Part shown: positions 20,823 through 29,900 of the stretch, in pieces | Layout: each line of letters begins with the position of its first letter | Numbering within the stretch: position 1 is the stretch's first letter | DNA from: Candidatus Obscuribacterales bacterium | GTDB taxonomy: Bacteria; Cyanobacteriota; Vampirovibrionia; Obscuribacterales; Obscuribacteraceae | Length of the DNA: 64,000 nt | NCBI GenBank assembly: GCA_965228855.1 | Contig: CBDDIJ010000002.1 | Coordinates: forward strand, 1,408,001-1,472,000 | Reading direction: 5' to 3' | Notes under the pieces: generated by a model | What the model was told of the DNA's origin: nothing | Databases searched by the model: none | Seen by the model: the letters and a program-made list of their open reading frames with translations, nothing else | Made by a program: the position numbers and the translations under genes

Positions 20823-21542
20823 TCAATCTGTCAGGACTGTCAGATGCTCGTGCAATGTCAGAAATGACGCTGGAATTTCGGGATTGATACCATTCGAAAA
20901 CGCTCTACCGACAATTTCTTTTTTATCCTGACCGAAGGCGAGCATAATAATCTGCTTGCTTGCCAGAATAGTGGAGATGCCCATGGTAACTGCTTTACTT
21001 GGGGTCGCTTCCATACCGCCGAAGGTTGGTGAAAGTGCTTTGCGTGAAACTTCGTCTAACCAGATGCATTGGGTGAAGCTCAGGCGTGGAGTGCCGGGCT
21101 CGTTGAAGGCGATGTGTCCATTCAACCCGATTCCCAGAATGGCGAGGTCTAGACCGCCGTGCTGGGCTATGATCGCGTCGTAATTATCGCTCATCGACGG
21201 ATTGTGTTGATTGGTTTTTGGAAAACCAATGCGGTCGTACAAATTGGTTTCCAGATAGCGTTGAAAAGAATGTTCGGCGGTCGTGTTCAAATACTCGTCG
21301 AGAGCAAAACAATTCACTCGCGACCAGTCCAGACCTTCTTGCTCGGTCAGTTTGACGAGGTAGTCGTACATCAAAACCGGCGTCCGCCCCGTGGGCAGAC
21401 CAAGATTAGTGTTTGGTTTTGAACGAATTTGCGCCGCGATTTTGTTCGCAGCATCCATGCTCAGCTCGTTTTTCTTGTCAGTCAAAATGAGTTTCCTGGA
21501 CCCTCTCGCTATTAGACATACCGCAAACACGGGCGCTTCCAT
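20823..21542 (-). CDS. nagB: Glucosamine-6-phosphate deaminase
   Basis: LGLPTGRTP, FALDEY, LGIGLNGHIAFNEPG, TMGISTIL, PASFL. Homology begins at RKLILTD; nearest starts are ATG 21542 and GTG 21530. Confidence 0.9.
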   Translation of the reverse strand: MEAPVFAVCLIARGSRKLILTDKKNELSMDAANKIAAQIRSKPNTNLGLPTGRTPVLMYDYLVKLTEQEGLDWSRVNCFALDEYLNTTAEHSFQRYLETNLYDRIGFPKTNQHNPSMSDNYDAIIAQHGGLDLAILGIGLNGHIAFNEPGTPRLSFTQCIWLDEVSRKALSPTFGGMEATPSKAVTMGISTILASKQIIMLAFGQDKKEIVGRAFSNGINPEIPASFLTLHEHLTVLTD

Positions 21543-21655
21543 CGTCGCTGTTATATTATGAACATACGGAAGACGATAGATTTTGGAAGAAATTGTACAT
21601 ATAGGATGAAGCATGTTTCCTGGTGCGGGTTCCCTTCGGTTAAGGTGAGCAAAGT

Positions 21656-22564
21656 TTGACCGGCAAGCTCTTTTCGAAACGACTGATAAAAGCGGCTGTG
21701 GTCTCGCTCGCTCTGTTGAGCCAGCTCTTTCCGTTCGCGGCCGAAGGACAGACAAACCGCTTGCCCAAAGCCGGCTTCCAACGATTTTCCGGAAATTTGC
21801 CGCCGTCGAATTCCGGCGCCGGAATAGGTTCAATTACAGGGACCGGGCTGTCGACACCTGGCGTTCATTTGACGTCCGGCATGGATCGCACACCTCGCAA
21901 TGCTCGCGAGCCATACAATCCTGGCGAGCCCACGTTAAACATGGCACTGGTGCGTTGGCAGCGTGAGAAGATGCCGTTGCGAATTTGGATAAGTCCCGGC
22001 TTGCAGCTTCCTCAAATACCGTTTGAGCAGTTGCCCTCCACCAGAGTCGAAACTGTTTTTCAAATGCTGCAACAAGAGAACCCGTTCTCCGACTTATCCC
22101 AAGCGGATGGCTGGAGTGAATCGGTAAATCAAAGCGTTGCTATGGGTATTGAACAGTGGCGGCAATTCGAGAACGAAGGTCTACTGCGTTTCGGTTTCAC
22201 TTCCGACCCGAGAACGGCTCATGTCCTTGTTTTCTTCACCGATCAGTTCCAGGGAGCAGCCGGACCAGGTGGTACCAATGTTGGTGCCTTGACCTGTGCG
22301 CAATTATTTACGCCGCAGCAAACTCAGATGGAGATGTATCGTCAAAAGCCTGTCATAATGGAGTTCTCCACGCGCGTGAATCACTTGCCTGAAAAAATGC
22401 AAGGATCTGCTGCGCATGAATTCGGGCACGCGCTCGGTATCAAAGCGCACAGTCCATATCGTGACGACATCATGTATGAAAACAACGTCGTGTACAACCT
22501 CTCAGAGGGCGACAAAGCCACCATCCGATTGCTCTACCGCGCTGAGCCAAAGTACGTGATGTAA
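21656..22564 (+). CDS. Exported matrixin-family (M10-like) zinc metalloprotease
   Basis: HEFGHALGIKAHS zinc motif, DIMY Met-turn, LSEGD..TI..LY; signal peptide. Confidence 0.88.
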   Translation: MTGKLFSKRLIKAAVVSLALLSQLFPFAAEGQTNRLPKAGFQRFSGNLPPSNSGAGIGSITGTGLSTPGVHLTSGMDRTPRNAREPYNPGEPTLNMALVRWQREKMPLRIWISPGLQLPQIPFEQLPSTRVETVFQMLQQENPFSDLSQADGWSESVNQSVAMGIEQWRQFENEGLLRFGFTSDPRTAHVLVFFTDQFQGAAGPGGTNVGALTCAQLFTPQQTQMEMYRQKPVIMEFSTRVNHLPEKMQGSAAHEFGHALGIKAHSPYRDDIMYENNVVYNLSEGDKATIRLLYRAEPKYVM

Positions 22565-22572
22565 GGCAACCT

Positions 22573-24108
22573 TCAATCTGGCGAGGTCATAAGCAATTCT
22601 AACTGAACGATGGTGCCTTCGCCTGGCGCGGACTCTATTTTGAAGCGTGTTGGATAGAATGCTTTGATGATTTCGACGCGCTCTTCGATGCCGGGAAGAC
22701 CAAAGCCGCCATCGGTTTTTTCACCAGCGTTTGCAAGGTCGAAACCTTTTCCGTCGTCCTGAATTTTGAACGAGAGTGAACGCCCGTCCTTCGCTGAAAC
22801 CTGCACCAATATTGAGTCTGCGTCTGCGTATTTCTTGATGTTGTTCAAACACTCTTGAACGATTCGGAAGATGTGCAGTTGAACTTGTGAGGGTAGTTCA
22901 GGAATGGTGCCTTCGACTTCGAATGAACAATCCGCTTCAGTTTGTTCCGCGACTTTGTCGACGAGGTCCTGGAGGACGGTCTCCAGTCCCCAGTCTTTGA
23001 GGTCTCGGGGTACCAGACCGCTGCAGATGTCGCGAATGGACGTGGTCAGAGAATCGAGGACGTCTGCAATCTGTTCCGCATCTAAATCTTTGTCTGATGA
23101 AACCTTCCGTCGCAACATGAGGATGTCGGCGAGGACGCCATCATGGAGGTCTCGCGCGATTGTCGCTTGAGTTTCCTCTTGCTGGTTGAGAAGTTTGTGT
23201 ACCGCGTTCTGTTGTGCCATTAGCAAGTCGCGAACAAGGTCTTCTGCCGGTTCGGTTTCCAGAGAAACCGAATCTCGAAAGCCGCGACTGGCGCTGAAGC
23301 GAGCGATATTATCGACGTGCTCGAATTTGTGTCCACTTTCAGCGGCGACTGCATCCATGCAAGACAAGATGATCATATCTCTGAACAACATGCGCTGGAA
23401 TGAGCGAACGTCCGGCGCCGTTACCGGTAAGCCGTAAACAGTCCAGGCGTTGCCGCTTTCCAACGCTGCTAAACGCAAGGACAGTTTGCGTCTTTCGCGA
23501 GAGTAGGCATCATTGTCATTTAATGCTGAGGTTGATGGAGCGAGATTGAAATGGATTTTTCCAGGCTTACCGATGACTAGCAATTGTCTTGAAGCGGTTG
23601 CTAATCGAAAGTTGTATCTGATCAATCCTTGCTGTTTAGCGTCTTTGGTGAAACCTTTCCGGTAAAAATCTGAAACTGTGACTCGAACTCGTTGCGCTCC
23701 CTGCTGGGAGGCGATGGTATTAAAGGCGGTGCTCATCTCTGCGAAATATGAATACAATTCCTCTAGCATTGAGTCTGTGCTGTTCGACGCCTGCATCACA
23801 TTTATATATTCGCCGCGCTTACCGAACGCCACGCCAAGCTCGATATCGAAGTGGGTCGTGATTTCTGCGAGTCTGCGCATCCACGCCGACTGTCCACGCT
23901 TCTCTTCGAGAGTTAACTTTTCTGTTTTCTCTGCATCGTTGTCTCTTTGAAGCTCAGCCCGCTGCTGGATGTCGATGTCGAGCTGCTGAACGAGCTGTTC
24001 TTCATGTTGAAACTTGTGTTGGGTCTCATTCTCGCCGGCAAGCTTAATTAACAGGCTTCCAACTGACGAAAGTATGTTCGATAAGGGGTTGTTCGCCTTA
24101 TCATTCAT
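22573..24108 (-). CDS. Soluble sensor histidine kinase (HisKA_3/NarX type)
   Basis: IARDLHD H-box, FRIVQECLNNIKKYA, DDGKGF, GFGL.GI.ER, GEGT. ATG 24108 overlaps the regulator stop (TAATG). No obvious TM segment. Confidence 0.88.
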   Translation of the reverse strand: MNDKANNPLSNILSSVGSLLIKLAGENETQHKFQHEEQLVQQLDIDIQQRAELQRDNDAEKTEKLTLEEKRGQSAWMRRLAEITTHFDIELGVAFGKRGEYINVMQASNSTDSMLEELYSYFAEMSTAFNTIASQQGAQRVRVTVSDFYRKGFTKDAKQQGLIRYNFRLATASRQLLVIGKPGKIHFNLAPSTSALNDNDAYSRERRKLSLRLAALESGNAWTVYGLPVTAPDVRSFQRMLFRDMIILSCMDAVAAESGHKFEHVDNIARFSASRGFRDSVSLETEPAEDLVRDLLMAQQNAVHKLLNQQEETQATIARDLHDGVLADILMLRRKVSSDKDLDAEQIADVLDSLTTSIRDICSGLVPRDLKDWGLETVLQDLVDKVAEQTEADCSFEVEGTIPELPSQVQLHIFRIVQECLNNIKKYADADSILVQVSAKDGRSLSFKIQDDGKGFDLANAGEKTDGGFGLPGIEERVEIIKAFYPTRFKIESAPGEGTIVQLELLMTSPD

Positions 24109-24728
24109 TATTCGGTATCCAGCTTGCCATAACCGTTTTCGACCGCCCAGGCAATCAGTTGCTCGCGATTGTCGAGTCCGAGTTTCAACAACAATAACTC
24201 GCATTGTTTACGCACCGTCGCTGGTGATGCGCCTCTCTCTTCTGCGATCTCGTGATACTTCATGCCTCGCGACAGTAAGGTAAGTACGTCTTGTTCAGCC
24301 TTGGTGAGCTTCTCTTTACCCATGGCAATACTCTGAGATTTCACAATCTTTCCGCCATTGGAAACGGTTTTGATTGCTTCGATCACGTTCGAGATACTTT
24401 CGCTCTTTAGAAGATAACCGGCGACACCAAGGTCTAGAATGGCTTGAACAAAAGCTCTTCTGTTTTCTGCCGAAAATACTATGACTTTACCGGGAAGTTC
24501 ACAGAATTTCTTTACCGTGCTGCGCGGACCTTCAGAACCAGGAAGATGTAAGTCCAGAAGAACGATATCGGGCGTTTTCTCCTTCGCGAGCTCCAGTCCC
24601 GTTATTGCGTCAGTCGCCTGTGCCACCACTTCAATATCGCTTTCCGCGTTAAGCGCGCTCGCCAGACCCGCGAGCGTGGCCTCATGGTCCTCGACAATTG
24701 CGACCCTGATGTTGGATTGCGAATCCAT
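24108..24728 (-). CDS. NarL/LuxR-family response regulator
   Basis: IVEDH, DIVLLDL, GYLLK receiver motifs; LTKAEQDVL...EIA...TV..Q...KLG helix-turn-helix. Confidence 0.93.
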   Translation of the reverse strand: MDSQSNIRVAIVEDHEATLAGLASALNAESDIEVVAQATDAITGLELAKEKTPDIVLLDLHLPGSEGPRSTVKKFCELPGKVIVFSAENRRAFVQAILDLGVAGYLLKSESISNVIEAIKTVSNGGKIVKSQSIAMGKEKLTKAEQDVLTLLSRGMKYHEIAEERGASPATVRKQCELLLLKLGLDNREQLIAWAVENGYGKLDTE

Positions 24729-24841
24729 AGCTTTTCCTTAACTGTGACGATGCCTACATTTATCCACTTAATTTCTTACTCTAATCAGACGGTTCTCAAT
24801 AAGCTATCATGACGTCCGAAAGAGAGTAAGGAGACTGAGAA

Positions 24842-25153
24842 ATGGAGCTGAAAACTTCCACGTCAAAAGCGGCGATGATGATGTTAACCACAGCCGCGCT
24901 GGCGGGCATGCTGACCGGATGTTCGGGAGGCGAAAAGGCCGCTGAAACATCGACTGAGAACTCCGCCACGGAAACTCCGGTTCCTGGTGCAACCCCGACG
25001 GAAGCGGGGACCCCGGCACAGGGCGCGGTGGCCGACAAGCACGACTGCAAAGGTTTGAACTCGTGCAAAGGCAAAGGCGGTTGTCACTCAAGCGATAACG
25101 GTTGCGTTGGCAAAAATAGCTGCAAAGGTAAAGGCGGCTGCAAGCACGGTTAA
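24842..25153 (+). CDS. Cys-rich MNIO RiPP precursor (BufA2/bufferin-like) with a lipoprotein signal peptide
   Basis: Lipobox MLTG-C; core has two CxGxNSCKGKGGC repeats; lies directly upstream of DUF692. Confidence 0.85.
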   Translation: MELKTSTSKAAMMMLTTAALAGMLTGCSGGEKAAETSTENSATETPVPGATPTEAGTPAQGAVADKHDCKGLNSCKGKGGCHSSDNGCVGKNSCKGKGGCKHG

Positions 25154-25157
25154 GGAA

Positions 25158-26003
25158 ATGCCGGCTAATAGATTTAACGGCTTCAGCAGTTTAGGCATTG
25201 GTATTGGTCTGCGGATTGCTCATTATGAGCACATTTTGAAAGAAAAACCGCAGATCGATTTCTTCGAAATCATATCCGAAAACTTCATGCTCGGTGGAGG
25301 AAGACCTCTCGAAATACTCGATGAGGTTTTAGAACGTTATCCGATCATTCAGCACGGTGTGTCGCTTTATTTTGGATCCTTAGACCCTCTGGATACAAAT
25401 CAGATCGACGCGCTGAAGAAGCTGACTGAAAGAACGAAAACCCCGTTTGTCTCGGATCACCTGTGCTGGGGCAGTTTCGACGGCTCCTATTCACACGATC
25501 TTCTGCCTCTGCCCTATACCAAGGAAGCGGTTGTGAACACCGCCAATCGAATCAGGTTTGTGCAAGACAGCCTTGAACTACCGGTTGCGGTTGAGAACGT
25601 CAGCAGTTACCTTGAGTACACGGACTCTGAAATGACCGAGTGGGAGTTCCTTTCCGAAGTCTGTGAACTCGCGGATTGTGGCATCCTGCTCGACGTGAAC
25701 AATGTTTTCGTGTCAGCCCGAAATCATTCGTTCGATCCAATCAAATACATCGAGAACATTCCGCTGGATCGAATCGCTCAGATTCACATCGCTGGACATA
25801 GCGAGCAAGACGGCTATTTATTGGATACCCACGACAATTTTGTGCGACAGGAAGTTTGGCAAATCTATCGGTCCGTGATCGGGAAAATCGGTCCGACTAA
25901 CACTCTGCTTGAGTGGGACGCTCAGATCCCTGACTTCGAGATCGTCCATCAAGAGGCGCTTAAAGCTGCTCAGTATGCGGACTCCGGTGGAATAAGCGCA
26001 TGA
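25158..26003 (+). CDS. DUF692 multinuclear non-heme iron oxidative enzyme (MNIO, BufB-like)
   Basis: GIGLR, EIISENF, HGVSL, SDHL, HDLLPLPY, ENVSSY, LLDVNN, HIAGH, DTH, LLEWD. ATG 25158 follows an AAGGA SD. Confidence 0.95.
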   Translation: MPANRFNGFSSLGIGIGLRIAHYEHILKEKPQIDFFEIISENFMLGGGRPLEILDEVLERYPIIQHGVSLYFGSLDPLDTNQIDALKKLTERTKTPFVSDHLCWGSFDGSYSHDLLPLPYTKEAVVNTANRIRFVQDSLELPVAVENVSSYLEYTDSEMTEWEFLSEVCELADCGILLDVNNVFVSARNHSFDPIKYIENIPLDRIAQIHIAGHSEQDGYLLDTHDNFVRQEVWQIYRSVIGKIGPTNTLLEWDAQIPDFEIVHQEALKAAQYADSGGISA

Positions 26004-26911
26004 GTGGTAAGCATTCGCTTCGGCAAATCCAGGAGTTTATGTGGCAAGCCGTCTCTCGCCCCTTAAACGCTGACTACTCGAGTAAGAGGCGCTGGACAGA
26101 CGGGAGGAGCTTCGGGGTGACGGCGAGCGAATTTATTAAACCGAATGAGAAACTAACCAGTGCTCAACGCGTACAAATATACAATCAGCAGTATTGGTAT
26201 CGTTTGCTCGATTGTTTGGAAGATGACTTTCCTGGTCTGAGAGCTGTTCTCGGAGCTAGCGGTTTTCTAAGATTAGCAAGAGAGTACTTGAATGAGTATC
26301 CTTCACGTTCCTTCTCGCTTCGCGATCTGGGATGCGATTTGCCCGAGTTCGTTGACGCACGCCAGGATTTGATTGCTCCCAACGTCACACTCTGTGGGGA
26401 GTTGGCTCGATTCGAGTGGGCCCAGGTCGTTGCCTTTGATGGACCTTCATTGGAACCAATCGATGATGAGTATATTCGAACCGCCAATCCCGAACTACTG
26501 AAAGTTTCTCTCCAACCATATTTGACTTTGCTGGAGTTGACTCACGCACTCGACCATTATTCAGTTGCTTTGAACCGCCACATGCGTGATCGCAGCGAAG
26601 CGGGTAGCAGTAAATGTGAGGCGGAAAACGTGGTGCCAGATTCCGAGTCGGCACCATGGCCGGTGCTGGAGCATGTTTATCTAGTTGTTCATCGTCACGA
26701 AAATAACGTTTACTTTAAACGAATTGATGCACCTGGTTTCCTCATACTCACTGCGTTTGCTCGCGGTCAAAGTCTGAGCGAAGCGCTAAATGACGCTGTG
26801 TCGTTTATGCAAGACAATGCAATTCCGCTCGAAGGTCTGCAGAGTGATATCCAGAAATCATTTGCGCTGTGGAATCGCTTAGGTTGGCTCTGCAAAACAG
26901 AAATGGTTTAA
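26000..26911 (+). CDS. DUF2063/HvfC/BufC-like MNIO partner protein
   Basis: RVQIYNQQYWYRLLDCLEDDFPGL..VLG...F, YPSRSFSL.DLG, ELARFEWA; ATGA overlap with DUF692. Confidence 0.9.
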   Translation: MSGKHSLRQIQEFMWQAVSRPLNADYSSKRRWTDGRSFGVTASEFIKPNEKLTSAQRVQIYNQQYWYRLLDCLEDDFPGLRAVLGASGFLRLAREYLNEYPSRSFSLRDLGCDLPEFVDARQDLIAPNVTLCGELARFEWAQVVAFDGPSLEPIDDEYIRTANPELLKVSLQPYLTLLELTHALDHYSVALNRHMRDRSEAGSSKCEAENVVPDSESAPWPVLEHVYLVVHRHENNVYFKRIDAPGFLILTAFARGQSLSEALNDAVSFMQDNAIPLEGLQSDIQKSFALWNRLGWLCKTEMV

Positions 26912-26962
26912 GACGACAGTCGTGACTGTTCTAAGCGCGGATGCTGAAACCTTCCGTCGTGC

Positions 26963-29900
26963 TTAGTGGGGACGTTCGCTAGATAGTGCCGAGATTGGAA
27001 CCGTGAGATGCACATCTCGGGCACCGTTGGCGGTGCTGACCAGTTTCGGAATGAATACATCAGCTGAGGGATCGAGCTTGTGGCCGCTCACGCTTATGTA
27101 ACCGCGCGCGGCCATTCCGGCATCAAGGCTTTTTACGGGAAATTTCACGTCCGCCAGCTGATCCGGCATGCCAATCATTCTGACTACTGCTTTGGTTGAA
27201 GACGGAATTTCCAGGGCTTGACCCGTTCCATTCCTCAGAATTACGTTAATGCGCACCCCGTTGGGTTTTACATTTACTCCAGCCAATTCGAGATTGACGA
27301 TTGGCGAGGCCTCTGACGAGAACTGCGGGAGCGATGACACATTCGGAATCGAGCTCAAAGCCGATGATGCCATATTCGGTGCAGCCGTAGTCGAGTTAAA
27401 TGCGCTTGGTCCGCCGTTGGGTACGAAGCCTGCTGGGGGAGAACTAATTTCGTTCCCCTCAGGCGCACTCTGGGATCCCGCGTCTGAAGAAGCCGAACTC
27501 TTAGATTCCTTCGAGTGTTTTACCTTTTCGGCTTTTGGAGCTTTGGCGACTTCAGTCTTCGATGACTTCATCTTTTTGGCCGTTTGAAGTGAAGAGTTGA
27601 ACATTGACTCGCGAAGCATCTGAAGCTCTTTCCGCGTATCTTCGAGCTGAGATGACAAATCCTTATTTTGAGCTTCGAGTGAACTCAACTTGTCCAGATT
27701 GTCCGGATTAGCAGTTTCACTTGCCATTTGATTCGGCAATGCCGACTCGCTCGTTGTTGACGCGGAGGCTGCTGCACCTGCGGCAGCTGAGCCTAGCGCG
27801 CTGAGTCCAGTCGCTCCAAGAGCGGATGTGGCTGACGAAGTACCTGCTGACGCTTCAGCAGCAGTGCTCGAAAGGTCAGCTCCTGCGACTGACGACGTAG
27901 CCTCGCTTACGGCGGGGACGCTCAAAGCTGGCGGTGTGTTGGTGGTTGATACACTGGATGGCTTCGATGCTATAGCTGTTGCGTTGGACGCTTTTGTAGT
28001 TGCCGGTTTCGCTGCTGCCGGTTTCGCGACCGTCTTATTTACGCCTTTAGCCGTGGCTAGCTTGGTCGCTTTAGGATCAGCTTTTGCCATGTCGACTTTC
28101 TTGACCAGCTGTGGAGTCGCTTTCGTCGTCACAACGTCTTTTGCTGTTCCGGTAGGGCTGGTTCCGAACTTTGCCTGTTGTTTCGCTACGTGCTCCTTGA
28201 GCATCTTGGAGTATTTGTCGATGTCTTCTTGCTTCAAATTCGCCAGCTGTTTATTAATCAAGCCTGGCGCCTGGCTCATGAGTTGCGGTGCCTGTTGCAC
28301 AGCCTGGCTCGCCATGCTCTGCATGGTCGCCGGGTCCATTCCTAGAGAACGCGCAATGCCTGAAAGCGCCTGAGGTGACAGCTGTTGTGCTTGAGCCGCC
28401 AGAGCATTCATATCGATACCGCCGGCTTGAGGTGTTGCCGAAAATCCAGCCGGATTCGAGTATGCTGCTTGCGGTGCGGAAAGTGGTTGCGATGCAGCAG
28501 CAGGGCCGAAACGAGACGGCGCTATCGGCGGAATCACTTCCGGAGTATCTGCAACTTTTAAGACCGACTCGCTGCTTCTGGTTGGTGCGCTGAGAAGGGA
28601 GTTATTCACTGCCTTTTGCGAATTAAATTGATCGAGCGAAGGTGGAATGCTTCCGGATGACAGCGGGGGAGCCGACCGCAATGCTTCCGATAGGCCGCCT
28701 GGCGCCGAGCTCAGCGAGCTGCTTGTTGTGGGTGCACCACCCGTGGTGCCGCCGGATAGCAGTCTTGATATGTCGGATGCCGAAGTAGCACCTTTAGAGG
28801 ATAGCGCCGACGCTGCACCAGCTGCAGGGCTTGTCGCGCCCGAGCTTGAAGCTCCCGCACTGGAGAGGAGTTTTTGAACATCCGCTGACCCAATCATCTT
28901 ATCAGGCAGACCGGGCAAGGTGGCGTCCGGCGGAAGTTCTCCGAGTGCTGCAACTTTGCTTTCTGACTTGGTTTTGCCATGCAATGCATCGAGAACGGAA
29001 TCTTCCTGTTTCTGCAATTCCTTCTTTTGCAGGAGCATGTGGTTGCGAAGTTGTCCCAGGAATCCACTCATGTTTTGAACTGGATCGGCTGTCGGAATCT
29101 GAGTCGTTCCAGGCGCTGCCGGTAATGTCGCCAGTGCTGGTCCTTCAACACCTCGCAAGCGTGGAGTGCCAAGTGCGGAGTAGAGCGCGCCGGCAGATGC
29201 TCCTTGTGCCAGCGCTCCGGCAGCGGCATCCAATGCTCCCGCCTGTGTTTGCAAACCGTCGCCAGTCGCCGCCCCGAGCGGTCCGCGCAACGATTGTGCT
29301 GCTTCGCCGGCAGACAGATGCTCCGTCAATGCCTTGACTTTCTGTGCTGCAATCAGATTTTTTGGATCCTGACGCAGGACTTCCATATAAAGGTGTTTGG
29401 CCTCCGGAGCATTGCCGAGACGCTCGGCTAGCTCAGCCTGGTACAGCCTGAATTTTACGTCGCCAGGGCTCAGTGAAACACTCTCGGCTGCTTTATTGAA
29501 TGCCTCTGGAACCGCGCCGCTCGCATCCAGGGTTTTAGCCGCCTCGTACGTTTTTTGTGCTTCCTGTCGAGCTAGTGCGAGTTTGAAACTCTGGCGAGCG
29601 GCAGGAAGGTTTGGATGATTCGGTTCGATGCTCACGACTGTTCGGTAGGCGTTTTGCGCTGACTTCAGATCGCCGGAAAGTTGATACGCTCTTGCCAAAC
29701 CGAGGTGCGAATTGGCATCTTTCGGTCGCAGTGAAACCTGGCGCTGCCAGAGTTCTACAAGCGTCTGACCTGCCAGTTTATCGCTCTGGTTTAACACCAA
29801 TGCTCTACTTAGATCCGTATTCGCGCCGACCACATCCTTGAGTTTGTATCGAACGATCCCAAGCTGACGCAGAGCTACTGCGGATTCTGGATCTTTATCG

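Noticed and set aside
21543..21833. N-terminal extension of nagB in the ORF track
   Set aside because: It overlaps the divergent metalloprotease gene and has no NagB similarity.
24109..24204. Longer start for the histidine kinase; likewise 25107 for DUF692
   Set aside because: Both overlap the upstream gene; the coupled ATGs at 24108 and 25158 fit better.
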